Virus record (IMG/VR): IMGVR_UViG_3300010938_000017
Strand: one strand, 5' to 3'
DNA length: 64,000 nucleotides
Source: a virus
Taxonomy: Duplodnaviria > Heunggongvirae > Uroviricota > Caudoviricetes
In this document: in pieces, positions 58,911-64,000 of the stretch
How positions within the stretch are numbered: position 1 is the first letter of the stretch
Layout of the letters: the number at the start of each line of letters is the position of its first letter
Program-made: the position numbers and the translations under genes
The notes under the pieces: generated by a model
What the model saw: only the letters and a program-made list of their open reading frames with translations
Database searches by the model: none
Told to the model about the DNA's origin: nothing

Positions 58911-58945
58911 CATATAACTTATCGGTGTATTAACTCTTAACTTGA
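58911..58945 (-). promoter_or_regulatory. conserved promoter-like element, copy 7
   Basis: CTCAAGTTAAGAGTTAATACACCGATAAGTTATATGT. Confidence 0.5.
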
Positions 58946-59610
58946 GGTATTTTGTCATCTTATTATTCTATGGATACCATAAGCAGAACTGCGTCTCATA
59001 ATGAAACCCCTTTCTCCGTTGTCTCATTTTGATACACTTCCTCCGGCATGGTTATTGCATGGGGGCACAGTGGCACGGTTTATGCATAACTGGGTATGGC
59101 TGGCACAGTATGTGCAATATCAAGAGTCATGCCAACGTCTCAGGTTGAGACAGAGGGAGGGGTAGGGGGGATGGGGGGTACAAACAGACGAATGACCGGA
59201 AATGTCTATATACTAGAGAGAGTATTTTATTAACAATACAACTTATTACACTTAATCAGACTTTTCAGATTTCTTTCTTAGAATAGTCTTTGGAGTAAAC
59301 GATTGGTCTTTCGGATAGAACTTTTCACGTTCTCTACGTTTCTTTTTCCAGTAAGGATCATCCTTATCGGCGTACCGACCTTTCTCACTTTTAGATAAAA
59401 ATCTCATAATTTATTATCACTAGACATTAATAAAACGGTTCTCGATCACATTGGCCAGGGTAACTGGCTTGAGCCGATAAGCAACCATCTCACCACTATG
59501 AGCATTTCAGCTCTTTGGAGTAGGTGACACTCAAGACTGGTACTCTTTGGTCCGCGCCAGTACGCAATTAAATTATCTCTTATATAATTTTTGAAGTCAA
59601 TTATAACTTA

Positions 59611-59841
59611 TTACACTATCTTCTTTAGAATCAACTCATTGTTGTTATTCATATCCTTTTCTCGATCAACGTCACGGTCACGAGAGCATCGGATGAAGAA
59701 GTCACGTTGGCTCATAGCTAGTTCCAATGCCTCAACCAACTTCAGGATATCTTGTCGATAGTACTTCACCAAGTTAGCATCAGACTTAACATCGCCAGTG
59801 TTGTAGAATTTGAGTTGGTCTAATTTTTCTTTAAGTGTCAT
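59611..59841 (-). CDS. hypothetical protein
   Basis: 76-aa ORF. Its start lies inside a GTGTAATAAGTTATG box that recurs at 59227 and 59614. Confidence 0.4.
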   Translation of the reverse strand: MTLKEKLDQLKFYNTGDVKSDANLVKYYRQDILKLVEALELAMSQRDFFIRCSRDRDVDREKDMNNNNELILKKIV

Positions 59842-60047
59842 AACTTATTACACTTCTTATTAGAACACTTCATGAGGATGGGTTCAGAGACATCTGGTGA
59901 TAGGTGTTGCCCTGTTCCCTTACAATATTCGCAGACAGTTTGTTTTGGAGAAGTAGGAGTCTTACGAGACTTAATAGAATAAATGGTTTCAGGTTTTTGA
60001 CCTTTAGGCGTTGTAGGTACTCTCATTCCCCAATCTATAGATTTCAT
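59838..60047 (-). CDS. zinc-ribbon small protein
   Basis: CEYCKGTG...CSNKKC motif. Confidence 0.4.
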   Translation of the reverse strand: MKSIDWGMRVPTTPKGQKPETIYSIKSRKTPTSPKQTVCEYCKGTGQHLSPDVSEPILMKCSNKKCNKL

Positions 60048-60048
60048 T

Positions 60049-60234
60049 TTATTGCAAATCCTTCTTCTTAAAGGTTAATACAATAGGACCATCTTCCAAT
60101 TGACGAACATCTTTAACTGGTTGTGGTAGTTCGCTTCTTGGCCATTCAGTAGTATCTTCTACATAAATGTCTACTTCACCACCAACACGATTTCGCCACC
60201 ACTCTAATCTTTTAATAAGTTCTGATAACTTCAT
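60049..60234 (-). CDS. hypothetical protein
   Basis: 61-aa ORF. Confidence 0.35.
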   Translation of the reverse strand: MKLSELIKRLEWWRNRVGGEVDIYVEDTTEWPRSELPQPVKDVRQLEDGPIVLTFKKKDLQ

Positions 60235-60296
60235 AATGAAACAATACCCAATATATTTTTAGAAGTCAATTGCAAATTAATATACTCTATGAAAAG

Positions 60297-60371
60297 TGGC
60301 GTACCCTCTTGGAATCTAACCAAGGACCTTCGACTTAACAAGACGCTGCTCTAACACTGAGCTAAGGGCAC
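60297..60371 (-). tRNA. tRNA-Asn(GUU)-like gene with encoded CCA and a weak anticodon stem
   Basis: The minus strand reads GTGCCCTTAGCTCAGTGTTAGAGCAGCGTCTTGTTAAGTCGAAGGTCCTTGGTTAGATTCCAAGAGGGTACGCCA. It has a 7-bp acceptor stem (one G-U), a 4-bp D stem, a perfect 5-bp T stem and a TTGTTAA loop. The anticodon stem has only 3 of 5 pairs, and A56 and the absence of G18G19 are atypical. Confidence 0.5.
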
Positions 60372-60399
60372 AACTCAGATTGTCATACCAGGAGAACCA

Positions 60400-60660
60400 T
60401 TACTTGATTATTTCATCTACAGCAACCAGTTTAAGGGTCTTGATAAATTTAGTATTGATATATTCTCCACTATCTTCATCTTTAACAGTTGGTTGTTTCA
60501 TAATTCGATAAATGGCATCTTCTTCATCTAAAGGAAAATCAGTAAGCCAATCCATTTGGGCCTGGATAACTGCGATTCGTCGGGTTCCAGTAGCCTCACC
60601 AATAAGAATGTCAAATGTATATTTATTATATTTTTGTGTTTCCATAATTAATCCCACCAC
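60400..60660 (-). CDS. hypothetical protein
   Basis: 86-aa ORF. Confidence 0.4.
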   Translation of the reverse strand: MVGLIMETQKYNKYTFDILIGEATGTRRIAVIQAQMDWLTDFPLDEEDAIYRIMKQPTVKDEDSGEYINTKFIKTLKLVAVDEIIK

Positions 60661-61244
60661 GTTCTAATATATTTATTAATGATAGCGTAGACAATTTGAC
60701 GGTCACGATCTTGCTGGCGATCATCAGCCATGGCAGCTTCAAGGAACTCTTTACGTTCTTGTTCCTTCTCTGCTTCGGTGTTGGCATTTGGTCTGCTGGT
60801 ACGTAAATAGGAGCCTTGATGGGGCTTATCGCTTTCAACTTCTTCAAACCAATGTTTGGATTCACCCCACTTTTTATCGTGGAGATCCATAAAGCGGTTG
60901 TAACCCATGTCACCTTGATTAAGTCTTTCAAGAAGTTTGATACAAAGTTTTAACGCCTTGAGTTGTTTGGGACCTTCACCAACAGAATAATCGACATGAC
61001 CATTAATCAAACAATCCTGAACACGTTTTAATTTGAACAAGAGATAATGTTCAATCGTAATGGCATCGAAGTCCCAATTATTATAACCAAGCTTGGCATA
61101 TGCCCATGAACGCTTAAGACGATGAATGGTACTATCAATCTTCCTCTTAATATCAAACCACCATTCAAAAGCTGGGTGTATTGACAGTTTCTCCAACCAA
61201 GTCAATTTAATATCATCCATTTTAATCGGTTTAGACCTAAACAT
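60648..61244 (-). CDS. hypothetical protein
   Basis: 198-aa ORF. Confidence 0.45.
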   Translation of the reverse strand: MFRSKPIKMDDIKLTWLEKLSIHPAFEWWFDIKRKIDSTIHRLKRSWAYAKLGYNNWDFDAITIEHYLLFKLKRVQDCLINGHVDYSVGEGPKQLKALKLCIKLLERLNQGDMGYNRFMDLHDKKWGESKHWFEEVESDKPHQGSYLRTSRPNANTEAEKEQERKEFLEAAMADDRQQDRDRQIVYAIINKYIRTWWD

Positions 61245-61464
61245 CGTTCAACCTCGCCATTAAAAATTTCACTAGTAATCTACCAGTGTATGTTATTTGT
61301 TGTTCACCATCAATAAGTTCTAGTTCACAAAGCTTAGAATAATACTTACCAAAACAAACAAAGCTGTCCTTGTCTTTATCATTATGATATAGAAAGAAGG
61401 ATTGTTTCAATAAGAGATACTCATTAGGCGTCAGCTCTTGGATTTTGGGGCGTATTCGCTTCAT
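61237..61464 (-). CDS. hypothetical protein
   Basis: 75-aa ORF. Confidence 0.35.
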   Translation of the reverse strand: MKRIRPKIQELTPNEYLLLKQSFFLYHNDKDKDSFVCFGKYYSKLCELELIDGEQQITYTGRLLVKFLMARLNDV

Positions 61465-61562
61465 TATAATACAGTAACGGTTTTTAGTTCCTATTGCAAC
61501 ACTATTTATGAGATAATTCTTTTATGGTGCGGCGTAATGGGACCGAAGTACAAGGTTAGCAG

Positions 61563-61850
61563 TTAAATGGTCACGAACCAGCCTTTTGTTAAGGAGAACT
61601 CTTCGGTAGGCTTGTCAGAAACTTTAGTCTCTTTTTGAGATTGTGAAGCTTGACCGCGTTTGAATCCCAATTTATAGGCGCAGTCAAAGGCTTCGTTCCA
61701 AAAAGGGAAGTTGCGGAGCTGGATGTTGAAGGCCCAGTGATATTGGTCGGCTCCCAACTTTTCGGCGAGGATTCGGACCTTTTCTGGGCGTTTGGGCTTT
61801 AGATCTAACATGAAGCTCTCATGAATCCAATAACCATTAGTAAATCTCAC
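61563..61850 (-). CDS. hypothetical protein
   Basis: 95-aa ORF. Confidence 0.4.
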   Translation of the reverse strand: MRFTNGYWIHESFMLDLKPKRPEKVRILAEKLGADQYHWAFNIQLRNFPFWNEAFDCAYKLGFKRGQASQSQKETKVSDKPTEEFSLTKGWFVTI

Positions 61851-62068
61851 AAAAGCTCTTTTACTTCTTCATAAATTTTATCCACAGCTTCATTAAGATC
61901 TTCATACGAATAAGTTTTATGTGTTACATGATGAACATCATTAGGTTGCTCGGCCATTCTAAGAGTAATGTCCCAAACAAAGTTGTAATCAGACTTGATC
62001 TCAATACAACAGAACAATCCTGAATTACGAATCTTTGTTAGTTTTTTCTGACTTTCTTTGGTTAACAT
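61847..62068 (-). CDS. hypothetical protein (start trimmed to ATG with AGGAG SD)
   Basis: The first 24 codons of the longest ORF run across a hairpin-rich intergenic stretch. The ATG at 62068 has a Shine-Dalgarno. Confidence 0.4.
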   Translation of the reverse strand: MLTKESQKKLTKIRNSGLFCCIEIKSDYNFVWDITLRMAEQPNDVHHVTHKTYSYEDLNEAVDKIYEEVKELL

Positions 62069-62162
62069 ACTAACTCCTAAAAATGGTCTGAGTAACAGGA
62101 TTTGCACCTGCGTCTTCCAGATTCCAGATCTGGCCTGCACCTATTTCCAGCCACACTCAGGA

Positions 62163-62555
62163 TTAAAGAATATCATCGTTAGTGTTTACCGGCAAATATT
62201 TTCTTAATATAACCTCATAAACTGGTTTATTAAGGTGTTCCATCTCGGCCTTCATATTTTTAGAACCCTTAGATTTACCATCCCAAATAAGTAATAAAGC
62301 GTCCCCATATTCGGCCATTTGCTGATTACGTATAGGTCCCGCAGATTGACCATACTGTTTCCAATTAGCAGGAAATACAGTAACAGATGCGTTAATCATT
62401 TGAGCATAGGCTTCACCCAAATCATCAATACCAGGCGCTTGCCCTGAAACAATCTCATCAGGTTTACCAATATTAAATTCATGAACTAGATCTTCTATAA
62501 ACGTAGTTGCTAATCTTTTCCCTAATGTTCGACTACCGGCGATTATAAGTTTCAT
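62163..62555 (-). CDS. SLOG/DprA-like Rossmann-fold protein (DUF2493-like)
   Basis: The pattern IIAGSRTL...VSGQAPGIDDLGEAYA...LLLIWDGKSKGS resembles the DprA/LOG-like SLOG fold seen in phage DUF2493 proteins. Confidence 0.45.
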   Translation of the reverse strand: MKLIIAGSRTLGKRLATTFIEDLVHEFNIGKPDEIVSGQAPGIDDLGEAYAQMINASVTVFPANWKQYGQSAGPIRNQQMAEYGDALLLIWDGKSKGSKNMKAEMEHLNKPVYEVILRKYLPVNTNDDIL

Positions 62556-62902
62556 TGTGCCTTACTCCAGCGTTTAGCAGAAGCCAATCGACTGTTCTCT
62601 GCATGAGTAACCCATCTTATATTATTTAGTGTATAACCCAGTTTTGAATCTATTCGATCAATACTAGGAGTAAATCGAGTATCAAAATTATTAGCTACCC
62701 AATTAACAAAAAGTTTTTGTAAATCAAGGTTATTATATGACCACTGAATAAATTCAGACTTAGTTAAAAGTTCTAATCCAACATAAAGTTCTGGATTAAG
62801 AACGTTATCGCCAAGTACTCGCCGCTTCATTAAGTAATAACAACGCCGAACTAATCCACGTTTTGAATGTCTATATCTACGATTACTTTCTCGTGTACTC
62901 AT
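62552..62902 (-). CDS. HNH homing endonuclease
   Basis: SIDRIDSKLGYTLNNIRWVTHAEN motif. Confidence 0.6.
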   Translation of the reverse strand: MSTRESNRRYRHSKRGLVRRCYYLMKRRVLGDNVLNPELYVGLELLTKSEFIQWSYNNLDLQKLFVNWVANNFDTRFTPSIDRIDSKLGYTLNNIRWVTHAENSRLASAKRWSKAQ

Positions 62903-63247
62903 AACTCTCCAAAAATGTGCGAGTGGTGGGACGCGATCCCCACTTCGAAGGGTAGTATAAGCTACCGCCGAACTCTTATAAGTATGTGTCTCCAGTGACC
63001 TTCATCATAACCTCACCGAGAGTTAATATCGGATTTGGATCGTATCAAACATACGATTTGTCACAGCGTTACCCTAAGCTACCCTACCTCAACGATTCGG
63101 ACACGCCTCAGGTTCTCCACATCTCACCCGCTTTAAATTACTTGTGTACTAGTATAATATAAAACCAAAAAACAAACAACACTTAATAACATGTCAGCAG
63201 TATAAAATCCTATACTACCAGCTATTACTACACTGATTAAAAATCCT

Positions 63248-63451
63248 TTAGTCATTGTTATTTTTTCCACATATAGCTCTATACACTCTATCTTCAACCT
63301 TTGTAAACTTAATCAAACAAGGACTATTTTTATAGATCTGGTAACAACGTGTTCGTGCCCTTGTCATATTATCCATATCTTCTGGAAGCCACTGGAGTTG
63401 TGGTGTCAAAACTGAAGTGCAACAATACATAACACAATCAATAAAGGTCAC
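63248..63451 (-). CDS. hypothetical Cys-rich protein
   Basis: 67-aa ORF. Confidence 0.35.
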   Translation of the reverse strand: MTFIDCVMYCCTSVLTPQLQWLPEDMDNMTRARTRCYQIYKNSPCLIKFTKVEDRVYRAICGKNNND

Positions 63452-63741
63452 TCGGCTAACTCTTCCGGTTCGTTTAAAAACATTTTTTTCTTATCTTTTT
63501 TAACTCGTTTAACCACCCAACGGGCATCAACCGTTTTAGTGCCTACAACTTTGGGTATACAAGTAAAATCCTGTGATACAACCATTTCTGTTACAGTTTC
63601 ATAACCTTTAGTGACAACGGGTTCGACAACCTTCTCGTCAGGATGATTATTGTAATAAGTAACTTCACGTACTTCAGTTACTACTCGCCGTTGACTTTCT
63701 TTAGGCTTAGACAACTTTTTCGTATCTTCATAATAAAACAT
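63448..63741 (-). CDS. hypothetical protein
   Basis: 97-aa ORF. Confidence 0.4.
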   Translation of the reverse strand: MFYYEDTKKLSKPKESQRRVVTEVREVTYYNNHPDEKVVEPVVTKGYETVTEMVVSQDFTCIPKVVGTKTVDARWVVKRVKKDKKKMFLNEPEELAE

Positions 63742-63998
63742 TAGGCAGTTCTCCCAAAAAATTTAGATAGAGGTTGCTCTTTTTCATCACCATCATTTTC
63801 ATCTTCTTCCGGCTCCTGTACTTCAACTCCCATAAGAGTATTAGCACTAAACACTCCGGTTACAGCGTATTCTTCTGTTCTAGAGTTGTAATCCTCAAGA
63901 AATAGCCAAAGACCGTATGTTCTCATTCGATCAGCTTCAAAAATGAATTCTTGTTGATTAGTGCCATCAAGAGTAGTTACTTTATATTCTTTTCTCAT
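63741..63998 (-). CDS. hypothetical acidic protein
   Basis: 85-aa ORF whose start (ATG at 63996-63998) is near the window edge. Confidence 0.4.
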   Translation of the reverse strand: MRKEYKVTTLDGTNQQEFIFEADRMRTYGLWLFLEDYNSRTEEYAVTGVFSANTLMGVEVQEPEEDENDGDEKEQPLSKFFGRTA

Positions 63999-64000
63999 TA

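Noticed and set aside
53500-59200. Possibility that the GTCTCA repeats are a CRISPR array or mobile-element inverted repeats
   Set aside because: There is no regular spacing or identical full-length repeats, no flanking target-site duplications and no transposase. Orientation and spacing vary.
60626-60931. 101-aa ORF nested in another frame inside the gene at 60648-61244
   Set aside because: It is completely contained within a longer ORF that has better start context.
62086-62160. Second tRNA gene
   Set aside because: The acceptor and T stems can be drawn, but the D arm and anticodon arm do not form and position 55 is G. It is recorded as tRNA-like only.
1-64000. Prophage features (integrase, att sites) or lysogeny module
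   Set aside because: No tyrosine or serine recombinase, repressor-antirepressor pair or flanking direct repeats were found. The content is that of a virulent phage.

Overview
This window is a gene-dense segment of a virulent, tailed dsDNA phage genome, about 39% GC. Genes have strong Shine-Dalgarno sites; no integrase is present. It has three blocks. (1) Positions 1-3262 are minus-strand genes: a CoaD-like nucleotidyltransferase, a Pol-beta-fold NTase, an M15-like peptidase (possible endolysin) and a small membrane ORF. (2) Positions 3334-21741 are a plus-strand virion module: tail fibres carrying 49-54 aa tandem repeats, a 1439-aa protein with internal duplications, and Gly/Gln-rich internal or ejection-like proteins. 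This module is preceded twice by an identical 20-bp element. (3) Positions 21685-64000 are a long minus-strand early/replication arm. It encodes a family B DNA polymerase, a primase-helicase, an ERF annealase with a Cas4-like exonuclease, a Mre11/SbcD-like phosphoesterase, a ribonucleotide reductase, ThyX, dUTPase, rIIA and rIIB. It also carries a macro-domain / NAMPT / PRPP-synthetase-like NAD+ cluster, an SPFH protein, a secreted trypsin-like protease with spanin-like membrane proteins, a sigma70 region-4-like protein, at least seven HNH homing endonucleases plus one LAGLIDADG endonuclease, and one tRNA-like gene. The most unusual material is regulatory. A roughly 35-nt promoter-like element, CTAAAGTTTT-N9-ACCGATAAGTTATAT in the coding orientation, recurs at least seven times upstream of minus-strand genes between 50.7 and 59.0 kb. 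The hexamer GTCTCA/TGAGAC is heavily over-represented in a coding-poor early region at 53.5-59.2 kb, often as dyads, including a perfect palindrome inside a sigma70-like promoter at 24.9 kb. The NAMPT / Prs-like / macro-domain cluster resembles a phage NAD+ reconstitution (anti-depletion-defence) system. All functional calls rest on motif recognition by eye; no database search was possible.
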